A DNA stretch of 64,000 nt, from positions 3,680,001 to 3,744,000 of the forward strand of contig CAWEEQ010000004.1 in the NCBI GenBank assembly GCA_963808235.1, in the 5' to 3' direction. This document shows, one piece after another, positions 49,486-59,641 of the stretch (position 1 is the stretch's first letter; every line of letters starts with the position of its first letter). Position numbers and translations under genes: made by a program. Source of the DNA: an uncultured delta proteobacterium (GTDB lineage Bacteria > Desulfobacterota > Binatia > Binatales > Binataceae). Below the pieces are notes generated by a model, which worked only from the letters and a program-made list of their open reading frames with translations, was not told the origin of the DNA and ran no database searches.

Positions 49486-50172
49486 TTAGATCTTTCTTCC
49501 TTGGCGACACTCAAGTGATCGAGTTTTCAGGGGCCAGACGCGATCCCATCTTCCGTCATGCAGGCGCGGGAAGACCGGCTTGCGATACGGGCGCTTGAAA
49601 GGTGCGTCGGGATAGCCCATCGGAATCAGAGCGATCAGCTGATATTCCGCGGGCACCCCAAGGAGCGCTTTGGTCTCCGGCTCGCGGCTGGTCAGCATCG
49701 TGGTCATCGCGGTGCCGACTCCGAGCGCGCGCGCCGCGAGCATCATTAGTTCGATAGCGGGAAAGATCGAGCCGTAAGTCGCGCCGAAGTTGAACAGATC
49801 GTTGGCGCTGCCGCGCTCGACGCGCATCTTGGGGCGATTGAGAAATACCAGGACGTGAACCGGAACGACGGCGAGCTGCGCCGCGAACTCGTCGCCAGTG
49901 CGGAGAGCCTTGACCGCTCGCGGCGACAGCGTGGTGCGGCCGCGAATGATCGCGGAGTCTTTGTACGGCCCCCAGACCGCTTCGTAGAGGTGCTGGATCT
50001 CGCGGCGCATCTGAAGATCGCGCACCACGACGAACTCCCACGGCTGCGCATTGGAACCCGACGGCGCCATGTTGGCAGTCTCGAGGATTTTCACGAGCTC
50101 GTGCTCCGCGATCGGGCGATCGAGAAATCGTCGCATCGTAGGCGTTGAAGTGGCGACTTCGAAGAAATCCAT
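49486..50172 (-). CDS. Nitroreductase family protein
   Basis: 'RRF', 'APSGSNAQPWEFVVV', 'MLAARALGVG', 'IPMGYP'. Confidence 0.88.
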   Translation of the reverse strand: MDFFEVATSTPTMRRFLDRPIAEHELVKILETANMAPSGSNAQPWEFVVVRDLQMRREIQHLYEAVWGPYKDSAIIRGRTTLSPRAVKALRTGDEFAAQLAVVPVHVLVFLNRPKMRVERGSANDLFNFGATYGSIFPAIELMMLAARALGVGTAMTTMLTSREPETKALLGVPAEYQLIALIPMGYPDAPFKRPYRKPVFPRLHDGRWDRVWPLKTRSLECRQGRKI

Positions 50173-50194
50173 CAGCGGCCTCCGCGATGACTAG

Positions 50195-51268
50195 CTAGAT
50201 CAATTCGATTGGGAAGTCCGAGCGAGGCGTGACCCGGCCGACGATTGCGGCGTCGCGATGCCCCGATTTTTGCAGCTCCGCGAGCAGCGCCAGGGCTTGC
50301 GCATCGGGGAGCGCAATCAGCAAGCCGCCCGAGGTCTGCGGATCGAAAGCCAGCTCCGCGATCTGTTCCGAAACTTCGTCCGAGATTCGCAAGCTTGGCG
50401 CGTAGTACTCCCGATTGCGCACGCCGCCGCCTGGAATCATTCCTGCGCCGGACAGTTCGAGCGCGTCCGGCAGAAGAGGCAGGTCGGACTCCTCGAACAC
50501 GATTGTCACGCCGCTGCCCTCGGCCATCTTGAGCGCATGACCAACCAGACCGAATCCAGTGACGTCCGTCGCCGCGTGAACGTCGAACTTGAGCATCGCG
50601 AGCGCGGCGTCGGCATTGAGCTGAACCATCGAGCGCACCGCGGCCTGGTACGCTTCATCGGCGAGCTTGTCGCGCTTGAACGCGGTCATCAGGATTCCGG
50701 TGCCGAGCGCCTTGCTCAGCACCAGCGCGTCGCCGACTCGCGCGCCGACGTTGCGCACGATTCGGCGCGGATCGATCACGCCGGTAATCGCCATCCCGAA
50801 CTTCACTTCCTCGTCGGCAACGGTGTGGCCGCCGACAATTACGACGCCGGCTTCGCGCGCCTTCTCTGCGGCGCCGCGCAGAATCTCGGACAGCATCTCG
50901 CCGGGTAATCCGGTCTGTGGCCAGCACACGATGTTCAGCGCGGTGCGCGGCACTCCGCCCATCGCATAGACGTCAGAGAGCGCGTTGGCGGCCGAGATTT
51001 GTCCGTACGTGAACGGATCGTCGACGATTGGGGTGAAAAAGTCGACGGTATTCACGATCGCGAGATCGTCGGAAAGACGGAACACTCCGGCGTCGTCGCC
51101 GGTGGAAATTCCGACCAGCAAATCAGGATGGCTCGGCAAGTCGAGCCGCGCGAGGACTGCGGAAAGGTCCGCCGGACCGAGCTTACCGGCTCAACCCGCA
51201 GCCTTGCACCGCGCCGTCAGGCGAATCAGATCGCCCCGCGAGGGATTGTTGTCCTTCGTTTTGGACAT
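50195..51268 (-). CDS. selD: Selenophosphate synthetase, selenoprotein with in-frame UGA (Sec26)
   Basis: ATG 51268 reads MSKT...RLTARCKAAG-[TGA 51191-51193]-AGKLGP in frame with 'DDAGV','TVDFFTPIVDDP','AANALSDVYAMGG','DPQTSGGLL'. Confidence 0.93.
51166..51178 (-). promoter_or_regulatory. Candidate bacterial SECIS hairpin for selD
   Basis: GGTCC-GGC-GGACC starting 13 nt after UGA, G-initial apical loop ~18 nt downstream. Confidence 0.55.
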
Positions 51269-51539
51269 CGCGGCTATTGTCGCGCATCGCAGGGGTGAAG
51301 TCAGCGGGTATGGGATTCGGATTCAGACCGCTACGCGCGGGGCGGCAGGGGTGACCCCTGCACCCGGTGTCCATTCAATCGCAAAGCAGCCCACAGAGCG
51401 CGAACGCCATTTTGCTCTCGGCCGCCTGGAAGATTTAACCTTCGAAAAAGTGGGCTGACTCTGTAGCTGCGAGATCACTTCATCGAACAGGAGTGTTCAA
51501 CACGCTCTGAACGACGGAGGACCTTACCGCGGACCGCGG

Positions 51540-53471
51540 TTATGGATTCGGAGTGCGCAAGCGGCGGGCGTCGCCGACGCGGGTGGTGACGCCGGTGTGG
51601 TCGAAGTGATCGAGGAGGGCGATTGCGAACTTGCGCGAGGCGCCGAGGAGATCGCGGAAGATTGCGGCGGTGATTTCGGGGTGGGCTTTCAGATATTCGA
51701 CGAGGGTCTGGCGGGCGGCGTCAGAGGCGGCGCGGCTGAAGTATAGATCGGTCGCGATTTTCACCACCCGGCCCTCGCGTTCCATCGCGGCGAGTACGGT
51801 GCGCAGGCGTGGCAAATCGGCGGCGGAAAGTTTCAACGCATCGGCGAGTTGCTTGAGGTCGGGCGGCTGGAACTTTGCGCTGGTCAGTGCCGCCTCGATG
51901 CTTGCGCCCATGACGCTCGCGTCGCCACCGAGCTGGACGCGATGGCTTTTGAGCCGCACGATGCTCTCTTCGCGGACAATTCCCGCCTCGCGGCCGATAC
52001 GATCGATGATCGGGCGGAACGCGCGCGCGCCGATCTCGTAGGGCATCCGCGTGCGCATCGCTTCCATCTCGAGCCCTGCCGACAGCGGCTCCTTCTTGTG
52101 ATGAGTCTCGAGTGCGGAGAGCGCGAAGCGTTTCAACTCCTCCCATTTGGTCCGGGTGGTGAAAGCGTCTTCATCTCCGACTGATAGTTTGACGAAGCGC
52201 GGATCCTTGAGGGCGGTTTCGGCTTCCTGGATGGGAATGTTCATCAGGGTCGCGATTCGAACCGGGCCGAGCGCGAAACTTTCATTCAAATTAAGCAACG
52301 CTTCGATCGCGTCGGAGCCCGACGATTCCTTGAGTGCGCGGAGATTTGCGCGATACGCGTCGAACGGTTTGCGGGCGCGGCGTCCGAGCGGATTCAGCAC
52401 GATGCCGCCGCCGAGAGTGCGCGAATTGGTTTCGTCGCGGATGACGAAGCGGTCGCCAGCGAGCGCGACGACCGGCGTGTCCGCGACCAACTGTGCGAAG
52501 CCGGCGTCCTTGGGTGCGATCACGGCAGTTTCGTCGAGCACGATAGCGCGCGCGATCGTCTCGGCGGTCGCGATGAACAGACGCACGCGGCTGTTGTTCT
52601 TGAGTGCGCGCTTGGCGGCGGGACGAATTTCCAGCCACGCGTCGAAGCGCGAAGTCGCAGCGTCGAGCCGCTCATCGGCGAGTACGTCGCCGCGCGCGAG
52701 ATCGATTTTTTCTGCGCCGGTCAGATTCAACGCAACGCGCTGACATAGGCCCGCGCTTTCAACCGATTCTGAATGCACCTGGATCGATCGCACGCGCACT
52801 TCGTGGCCATAGGGCAGTACGCGGAGCCTAGCACCGACCTTGACCTCGGCGCCCATCGCGGTGCCGGTGACGACGGTGCCGTGTCCTTTGATTACAAACG
52901 CGCGATCGAGCGGAAGACGAAAGACTCCGGTCGCGCGACGGGCCTGAAAGCCGTCGAGCTGACGGACTATCTCGGCGCGCAGCTCGTCGATGCCAGCGCC
53001 GGTTATCGACGAGACGGGAATGATCGGCGAACCGTCCAGCGTAGTGCCGTCAGCGAGCAGCTCGATTTCGTCGCGGACTTCGCTGATGCGCGCAGAATCG
53101 GCAAGATCGGACTTGGTGATGACGAAGATGCCGCGGCGAGTGCCGAGTAGATGGAGGATGTCGAGATGCTCTTCGGATTGCGGCATCACGCCGTCGTCGG
53201 CGGCAATCGCGAAGAGCACCAGGTCGATGCCGTGCGCGCCGGCGAGCATGTTGCGGATGAAGCGCTCGTGCCCCGGAACGTCGACGATACCGGCGCGGGT
53301 GGCGTCGGGCAGGGTGAAGTAGGCGAAGCCGAGGTCGATCGAAATTCCGCGCTCCTTTTCCTCTTTGAGGCGGTCGGTGTCCTGGCCGGTGAGCGCTTTG
53401 ATGAGCGCGGTCTTGCCGTGATCGATATGACCAGCGGTGCCGATGATGGCGTGGGTGACCGTAGGAGCCAT
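51540..53471 (-). CDS. selB: Selenocysteine-specific translation elongation factor
   Basis: '[11 protein letters not shown]', '[13 protein letters not shown]', 'DVPGHE', C-terminal '[26 protein letters not shown]'. Confidence 0.95.
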   Translation of the reverse strand: MAPTVTHAIIGTAGHIDHGKTALIKALTGQDTDRLKEEKERGISIDLGFAYFTLPDATRAGIVDVPGHERFIRNMLAGAHGIDLVLFAIAADDGVMPQSEEHLDILHLLGTRRGIFVITKSDLADSARISEVRDEIELLADGTTLDGSPIIPVSSITGAGIDELRAEIVRQLDGFQARRATGVFRLPLDRAFVIKGHGTVVTGTAMGAEVKVGARLRVLPYGHEVRVRSIQVHSESVESAGLCQRVALNLTGAEKIDLARGDVLADERLDAATSRFDAWLEIRPAAKRALKNNSRVRLFIATAETIARAIVLDETAVIAPKDAGFAQLVADTPVVALAGDRFVIRDETNSRTLGGGIVLNPLGRRARKPFDAYRANLRALKESSGSDAIEALLNLNESFALGPVRIATLMNIPIQEAETALKDPRFVKLSVGDEDAFTTRTKWEELKRFALSALETHHKKEPLSAGLEMEAMRTRMPYEIGARAFRPIIDRIGREAGIVREESIVRLKSHRVQLGGDASVMGASIEAALTSAKFQPPDLKQLADALKLSAADLPRLRTVLAAMEREGRVVKIATDLYFSRAASDAARQTLVEYLKAHPEITAAIFRDLLGASRKFAIALLDHFDHTGVTTRVGDARRLRTPNP

Positions 53472-53499
53472 CAATTAAAACTAAATGCGGACGCTATGG

Positions 53500-53874
53500 C
53501 TACGCCATCTGCTTGGTGTACATCGCCATGTCGAAGTAGTCGCGCCATGCGGTTATCTTACCGTCGCTTACTTCGAACACGCCTGCTACCGGAAGCGAGA
53601 TGGTTTTGCCGCCGCCCAGGTCGAAGACGTCAACGCGCTCGTTGAAGACTACATTGCCGGCGCTTGCCGTTTTCAACACTTTGAAATGAAGCGACTTGGC
53701 CATCGGCAGGAAAGTGTTGATGACGGCTTTGATTGCGGCTTTGCCGCGCGCGGGGTCCATCGGGATGTTGTGGTAGACGGCGTCGTCGCTGAAGAAGCCG
53801 AGGATTTCATCGAGGTTCTTGCGCGGCCACGCGTTACAAAATTCGGTCACCACTTTTTCAGCATCGGTAGCCAT
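53500..53874 (-). CDS. Limonene-1,2-epoxide hydrolase family (NTF2-like)
   Basis: 'DAVYHNIP', 'FNERVD', 'LPVAGVFEV.DGKI..WRDYFD'. Confidence 0.85.
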   Translation of the reverse strand: MATDAEKVVTEFCNAWPRKNLDEILGFFSDDAVYHNIPMDPARGKAAIKAVINTFLPMAKSLHFKVLKTASAGNVVFNERVDVFDLGGGKTISLPVAGVFEVSDGKITAWRDYFDMAMYTKQMA

Positions 53875-53903
53875 CGGAAATTCTCCTTGCGCGCCTGGCG
53901 CGC

Positions 53904-54392
53904 CTATTCGTTGTCGAGATAGAAGCGGTCTTCGTCCTTGTTATAACCGAAAAGCTCCGCAAAGCGCCCCCAGTTCACCATCGTGGAAAACTGGCGCTCG
54001 GGCTTTTCACTGGGCAGGAGCATCGCAAGATGCTCGAGCACAACTTCCTTTGTAAGCGACTTGTCTTCCTGGCCGTGAAGAAGCCGGATGAAGTAACTGA
54101 AGAGGCTGTGCTTCTTCAACTGCTCGCGCACGATCAGCTTGCGCTCGTTGATCTTGGCGTCGAGGAGCTGCTTTCCGAGCGGCTCGAGCACGACGTCGCC
54201 GGCCGGCGTTGAGACGAAGCCAAGAATTTCGCCGGACTTCATCACTTTGAGCAAATCGCCGAATCTGAAATTGAGATCGCGCGCGATCTTGTAGCCGTCT
54301 TCGTGTCCGCCGCGGTCCTCGAGCAATTCGAGCAGGCCAAAGACCAGCGTCAAGCCGCAATCGGGGAGCGGATATATGACCGGGGCCGGCAT
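53904..54392 (-). CDS. Stand-alone AAA-associated domain of NitT/TauT-type ABC ATPase
   Basis: 'GLLELL...GG.ED', 'E.LGF......GD..L...G', 'NWGRFAELF.Y'; TGATG coupling with upstream ATPase. Confidence 0.75.
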   Translation of the reverse strand: MPAPVIYPLPDCGLTLVFGLLELLEDRGGHEDGYKIARDLNFRFGDLLKVMKSGEILGFVSTPAGDVVLEPLGKQLLDAKINERKLIVREQLKKHSLFSYFIRLLHGQEDKSLTKEVVLEHLAMLLPSEKPERQFSTMVNWGRFAELFGYNKDEDRFYLDNE

Positions 54393-55150
54393 CAGGCGCG
54401 CTCCTCGATCATCGAGAAGACCTTGTCGGTCAAGGCGTTGAAACTTTCGGCGCGGCGATCGCGCGGGCGCGGCAGCTCGACCTTGAGATCGGAGACGATG
54501 CGTCCGGGTCCCGACGCGAGCACGATTATTCGATCGGCAAGTTCGATTGCCTCTTCGATGATGTGCGTGACGAGCACGATGTTTTTGACCGGCATGTCGG
54601 GCGACTGCCAGATCTCGAGCATTTCCTCGCGCAATGTAATCGCGGTCAGGGCGTCGAGCGCGGAGAACGGCTCGTCCATCAGGAGCACCTTGGGCTCGAC
54701 GGCGAGCGCGCGCGCGAATCCGACCCGCTGCTTCATCCCGCCCGAGAGTTCGCGCGGGTACGCCTCTTCGAAACCGTCGAGGCCGACCTTGTCGATGTAA
54801 ACGCTCGCGCGTTTCTCGCGCTCGGCAGGCGGCAGGCCCTGCGCTTCGAGTCCTAGTTCGACGTTGGCCTTGACCGACAGCCATGGCAATAGCGCGAACG
54901 ACTGGAACACGAGCGCGCATTCGAGATTGATCCCATCAACCTGACGGCCGCGATAGAGCACCTGTCCCGAAGTCAGCGGCACGATTCCGTTGATGATGCG
55001 CAGCAAGGTGGACTTGCCACATCCCGAGGGGCCGACGATCGCCACGAACTCCCCTTCCTCAATGTTAAAGGTGATGTCCTCGAGCACCTGCAAAGTGCCC
55101 TTGGCGTGTGCGAAGCTTTTGGAGACGTGTTTGAGCTCGAGCAGGGCCAT
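54392..55150 (-). CDS. ABC transporter ATP-binding protein (nitrate/sulfonate family)
   Basis: 'GPSGCGKST', 'LSGGMKQR', 'MDEPFSALD'. Confidence 0.92.
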   Translation of the reverse strand: MALLELKHVSKSFAHAKGTLQVLEDITFNIEEGEFVAIVGPSGCGKSTLLRIINGIVPLTSGQVLYRGRQVDGINLECALVFQSFALLPWLSVKANVELGLEAQGLPPAEREKRASVYIDKVGLDGFEEAYPRELSGGMKQRVGFARALAVEPKVLLMDEPFSALDALTAITLREEMLEIWQSPDMPVKNIVLVTHIIEEAIELADRIIVLASGPGRIVSDLKVELPRPRDRRAESFNALTDKVFSMIEERA

Positions 55151-55190
55151 GGTTCAGATGAGTCCGCATCGCACATAGTCAGTTGCCATC

Positions 55191-56918
55191 TCAGTAGTCG
55201 AGTCTGTAGCGCTCGGTTGCGATGTTGTACAAGCGCCGCCACATCAGCCGGTTCAATAGTAGCACCACCAATATCATCGACAGCAGGCTCAGCAGTATCA
55301 TCACGCCGTTGCCGCTCTGGTAGGTGGCTTTGTCGAGCAGCGAGCCGATCCCGAGTACCTGGTAAGTATGTTGCTGGTAGACGAAGTACTCGGAAAGGAT
55401 TAGCGCGTTCCATCCGCCGCCCCATGCAGTGATGCTGCCGGTGATCAGCGAAGGCGCTACCGCGGGCAGGATCAGTTTGCGCCAGGTGGCGTAGCGCGAG
55501 AGCCCGAACGCGCGCGCGGCTTCCTTGAGATCCTCGGGTACCTGGTTGATTCCCGCGAGCAGATTGAAGAGCAGGTACCATTGCATCCCGGTCAGGATGA
55601 GAAGTATCGAGGCGAGATTCATGCCGCCGGTAGCTCGAATGACGAAGAGCACGATCACCGGGAACAGCGCCGTCGCGGGCATCGAGCCAACGATCTCCGC
55701 GATCGGCGAAAGGATTCGGTTGAAGCGCGGGCTCTCGCTGGCGGCCAGCGCGACCGGGACTGTCCATGCGAGCGAAATTGCGTAGGCGATGGTCATGCGA
55801 AGCGTGGAGGCGAGAATCGCCGTGGGAATCAGCCGCGCATCGGACGGCCACGGCTGCGAGAGCGTCCTGATGAGCGCGACCAATCCTCGACCGACTGCCC
55901 AAGCGAAGAAAATCGCGATCGAGCCGACCAGGAAGATCTGGAAGATCGCGCTGGCGCGCTTGCTCTGTCCGGGCGTGAGCAACTCGCGGCGCGGCACGGA
56001 GCGCATCGCGCGGCCGATCATGCGGATCGGTGGCACCAATATTGAGCGCAGCGCCCGCGTGATCGCGGGGCCAACGCCGGCTAGCGCATCGAACATCCCG
56101 AGCGATTGCACCGCGCCGGATGAGGCCGCGAACTCGTAACGAAACTTCTCAGCCCACGTCGAAAGCGGCTGCCACACGATCATGTCCATCGCGACGATGA
56201 TCGCCAGGAGCGTCAGCAGGCCGGCGACCAGATCAAACGTGCGGCCCTTCTCGGCGGCCTCCCAGAGAAAGCTGCCGAGGCCGGGGAGTCGATAGCTTGC
56301 GGGACCGACCGTGATGATTTCGCACGCGATGAGGAAGTACCAGCCGGCGACCCATGACAGAATCGAGTTGTAAACGAGCTTCGGCACGCTCGCGGGCAGC
56401 AGCAAGCGCTTGAACTTGAGCCATCCGCGCGCGCCGAACGCCTCGAGCGACTCAGCCGAATCGCCGGGAATCGTTTTCACCGCTTCGTAAACGCCGAGCG
56501 CCATGTTCCACGCCTGGCTGGTAAAGATGAGGAACACGGCGGCCATCTCGACGCCGAGCCGGCTGCCGTGCGCGAGTGCGACGAAAAAATAAACCGCGGC
56601 GGGAAAAAAGCCGACCACCGGCACCGACTGCGCGATGTCGATCGCGGGAATCATGATGCGTTCATACGCTCCGCCGCGCGCCGCGCCCATCCCATAGATC
56701 ACCGAAAACAGCAGCGCGATTATGTACGCGGCGAGCATCCGGTAGAACGAGCAGAACGCGTAGTATGGAAGATGCTCGATCGAAACGGGCACGCGGCGTT
56801 CGATGAGGTGCTGGGCATGGCCACGATACGCGAAGAACAGTGCGATGATCGCGGCAAGCGCGAGAAATGAAAGCGACCCGTTGACCAGGCGGCGAGTGTT
56901 GATCTCGATCTTGAACAT
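55191..56918 (-). CDS. ABC transporter permease with two BPD_transp_1 domains
   Basis: Duplicated permease modules, EAA motif 'DLKEAARAFGL'. Confidence 0.88.
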   Translation of the reverse strand: MFKIEINTRRLVNGSLSFLALAAIIALFFAYRGHAQHLIERRVPVSIEHLPYYAFCSFYRMLAAYIIALLFSVIYGMGAARGGAYERIMIPAIDIAQSVPVVGFFPAAVYFFVALAHGSRLGVEMAAVFLIFTSQAWNMALGVYEAVKTIPGDSAESLEAFGARGWLKFKRLLLPASVPKLVYNSILSWVAGWYFLIACEIITVGPASYRLPGLGSFLWEAAEKGRTFDLVAGLLTLLAIIVAMDMIVWQPLSTWAEKFRYEFAASSGAVQSLGMFDALAGVGPAITRALRSILVPPIRMIGRAMRSVPRRELLTPGQSKRASAIFQIFLVGSIAIFFAWAVGRGLVALIRTLSQPWPSDARLIPTAILASTLRMTIAYAISLAWTVPVALAASESPRFNRILSPIAEIVGSMPATALFPVIVLFVIRATGGMNLASILLILTGMQWYLLFNLLAGINQVPEDLKEAARAFGLSRYATWRKLILPAVAPSLITGSITAWGGGWNALILSEYFVYQQHTYQVLGIGSLLDKATYQSGNGVMILLSLLSMILVVLLLNRLMWRRLYNIATERYRLDY

Positions 56919-57049
56919 TTCCGAGGCCCGAAACTCCCAGCATAACCGCGTCCGGGTTTGGCTCAAGTCCGAATTGCGTTTCTGCGCGATGAATTTTTTG
57001 GGCGTTCGCGTTGACAACGCACGAGTAGGTGACTAGCAGGCGGTAGAAA

Positions 57050-58705
57050 ATGTCGACTGGCGAAATAAATCCAGAAGATCGGTGGCGGCTCGACGAGGAG
57101 CCGGACGAGCCGCGCGAGCCGGATGAGCCGCGCGTCGAGCCGTCGCGTGCGCCGACCGTTTCCAATTTGAGCCGCGATCGGCTGTCGCGTGCGGTCTACG
57201 TCGTTACCGCGGAGCATCTCGGCTGGTTCCTGATCGCGGTGTACGTGCTCATAACGCGCCTGATGGCTCTGGGAGCGCGTCCACTCGATCCGGGCGAGGC
57301 AGGCCGCGCGCTTGCCGCGTTCGCGATGTCAAAAAATGGGATCGACGCGCTCGGGAACGGAACCTGGACGACGATGCTGCAGGCGCGCGTATTTGCGGAG
57401 CTCGGCGCCGGCGATGCGACCTCGCGAATCGTCGTCGCGCTATGCGGGCTTATCTTGATCGCGAGCGGATTCGCGATGCGTCCCTACCTTGGACGGGCCG
57501 GTGCGCTGGCATTGGCCGCTATCCTCGGACTCTCGCCGAGCGTCACATATTTTTCCCGAACCGGATCGACTGTGATCGCGTCGGTGGCATTCATGATGAT
57601 TGCGATCGCGATTGCGGAGAGCATGCGAAGGCGTCCGGGCGCGATCGGCGCAGCCGGACTTGGAGCGGCAATTGGAGTCTGGCTCTCGGCAGATCCAATC
57701 GGCTACGCAATGGCTGCGGCAGTGACCGGCGCTCTGATCTTTGTCGGTGCATACGATGCGATGAGGGTCGATCATCCGCGGCTTCGGATCCGTGTCTGGT
57801 GGGAACGGCGGAGTGCGATCGTGATTATAACTGCAATCGTCGCGATCGCGGTTTGGGCACTGTTGACGACCGAGCTATTCACCCGTCCGCTCCTGAAGAC
57901 GGTGCGATTCGATCTGAACGCCGCGTTTGTCGCACCGGCGATTGGATTGCAGCGCGGATTGCATACCTTGATCCCCATCTGCTGTTTTTACGAATTCATG
58001 ATTCTGATTCTCGCGATCGTGGGCGCGTCGACGATCGTTTCGAGGCAAGTCCAGAGCAGGTTTGCGGTTTGGACCCTGGTCTGGGCGATTGTCAGCTCGG
58101 CGCTGTTTCTGACTGTCGCCGGCAACCGTCCCGACGCGGTGATCGCGATCGTGATTCCATTTGCGATGCTCGCGGCGTTCGGCGTCGAACAGATCCATCA
58201 ATTGGCGCGATGGGATCAGGTTCGTTATGCGCTCGCGGGCGCCGTGGCGCTGACCCTCTACATACAATTCCTCACCAATTTCGCGTATTCGGCGCCCAAC
58301 ACCAGCGAGGCGCCATGGAATCGGCACACACTTTTGTTCTGGTCGGAGCCGGCGACTGCGATTCAGACTCGCACGCAATGCGAGCGCGTGGACACTTCGG
58401 CGATCGCCGGCGCGCGCGCGATGATTCCCGCCGATGCGCCCGCGATCCAATGGTACCTGCGCGATCGTGCGCGCTCGGACTCCGCCGGACCGGTAAATAT
58501 CGTGGCGACTCTCGGCCCGGCCAAAAGCGGCGCGCTCGCAGGTAATCCGTCTGCGGCGCAGTTTGGATTCGAGGAGTGGTGGAATCCCGATTTTCGCCGC
58601 CTCACAATTGCCGGCGCATTTCGCTATTGGCTCACGATGCGCGCGTGGAGCGAGGTTGAGATTCGGGATTTAGAGCTCACTACCTCGGACAAACTCGGGC
58701 CATGA
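57050..58705 (+). CDS. GT-C-like multi-TM membrane protein
   Basis: 'LGARPL.PGEA', 'SP...YFSR', many TM helices. Confidence 0.6.
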   Translation: MSTGEINPEDRWRLDEEPDEPREPDEPRVEPSRAPTVSNLSRDRLSRAVYVVTAEHLGWFLIAVYVLITRLMALGARPLDPGEAGRALAAFAMSKNGIDALGNGTWTTMLQARVFAELGAGDATSRIVVALCGLILIASGFAMRPYLGRAGALALAAILGLSPSVTYFSRTGSTVIASVAFMMIAIAIAESMRRRPGAIGAAGLGAAIGVWLSADPIGYAMAAAVTGALIFVGAYDAMRVDHPRLRIRVWWERRSAIVIITAIVAIAVWALLTTELFTRPLLKTVRFDLNAAFVAPAIGLQRGLHTLIPICCFYEFMILILAIVGASTIVSRQVQSRFAVWTLVWAIVSSALFLTVAGNRPDAVIAIVIPFAMLAAFGVEQIHQLARWDQVRYALAGAVALTLYIQFLTNFAYSAPNTSEAPWNRHTLLFWSEPATAIQTRTQCERVDTSAIAGARAMIPADAPAIQWYLRDRARSDSAGPVNIVATLGPAKSGALAGNPSAAQFGFEEWWNPDFRRLTIAGAFRYWLTMRAWSEVEIRDLELTTSDKLGP

Positions 58706-58862
58706 AAATCGGCTTCGCGAATTCTTCGCCCGAGAGTTTCGCGCTTCGGTGGGAATCGTGGAATTGCGTGAGTACTCTTGCTTTAGGATAAACTGCTAAC
58801 GCCGCGAAGCGCAATTTTCCGCGTCCGCGCGTACTTTCATCCGCCAACTTCAAGGAGCGCCG

Positions 58863-59552
58863 ATGGACTCTGTCGTCAAATTCCTCCAGCCCTATCAACT
58901 GCATCCGATGGTCGATCACTTCAGCGTCGCGTTGCTGTTCACCGCGGTTCTGCTCGATCTGATCGCGAGTATGGCGCCGAATCGAATCTGGCTTCGTTAC
59001 ACCGCCTTGACGCTCATCATTCTTGGCGCAATTGCGGCAGGCGGTTCGTTTTTCACCGGCGACATGGAGGCGGACCGCATCTGGAACGCGCTCGGACAGC
59101 CGGCCAAGGACGTGCTGAAGACCCACGCGAAGCTGGGAGAGTACCTTGCGATCACGTTTGGGATCCTCGCCGTGTGGAGAATCCTGATCCAGGCGGCCGG
59201 CTTCATGGCAGGATCGCGCGCGATCTACTTGATCGTCGCAATCTTCGCGATCATTGTGCTCGGATACTCGGCCCATCTCGGCGGCGAGCTCGTCTATGAC
59301 TACGGCGCAGGAACCGCGCTGATGGCCGCGGCTCCGGTCCCGTCGGAGGGTGCGAGCCCGGCCGGAGCGCCGACCTCGGTTGCGCCGATTCCGATGGTCT
59401 CAGTGCCGAGTCCAGAGCCGACGCCAACGTCGCCACCGTCACCTGCTTCAGCGGCACCCGCGTCGCCAGCACCGCCGGCCTCGGCGGCTTCGTCGGCTGG
59501 CGCTGCGGCCCCGACTCCTACGGCTCAACCGACCGGCTCGGTGAACATGTAG
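58863..59552 (+). CDS. DUF2231-like membrane protein with Pro/Ala-rich tail
   Basis: 'LHP...HF', 'TG', 'H..LG', 'HLGG.LVY..G.G'. Confidence 0.75.
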   Translation: MDSVVKFLQPYQLHPMVDHFSVALLFTAVLLDLIASMAPNRIWLRYTALTLIILGAIAAGGSFFTGDMEADRIWNALGQPAKDVLKTHAKLGEYLAITFGILAVWRILIQAAGFMAGSRAIYLIVAIFAIIVLGYSAHLGGELVYDYGAGTALMAAAPVPSEGASPAGAPTSVAPIPMVSVPSPEPTPTSPPSPASAAPASPAPPASAASSAGAAAPTPTAQPTGSVNM

Positions 59553-59571
59553 GATGCATCCCTGCGGTCCC

Positions 59572-59613
59572 GTTAGAAGTTAAACGTTAAACGTTAAGAG
59601 TTAGAAGTCAGAA
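59572..59613. repeat. Degenerate heptamer tandem repeat (6 units)
   Basis: GTTAGAA GTTAAAC GTTAAAC GTTAAGA GTTAGAA GTCAGAA. Confidence 0.7.
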
Positions 59614-59641
59614 GTGTGAACGAGAAAAAAGGAGATCTGTA

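Noticed and set aside
51269-51539. tRNA-Sec (selC) between selB and selD
   Set aside because: No UCA anticodon arm or T-loop recognisable on either strand
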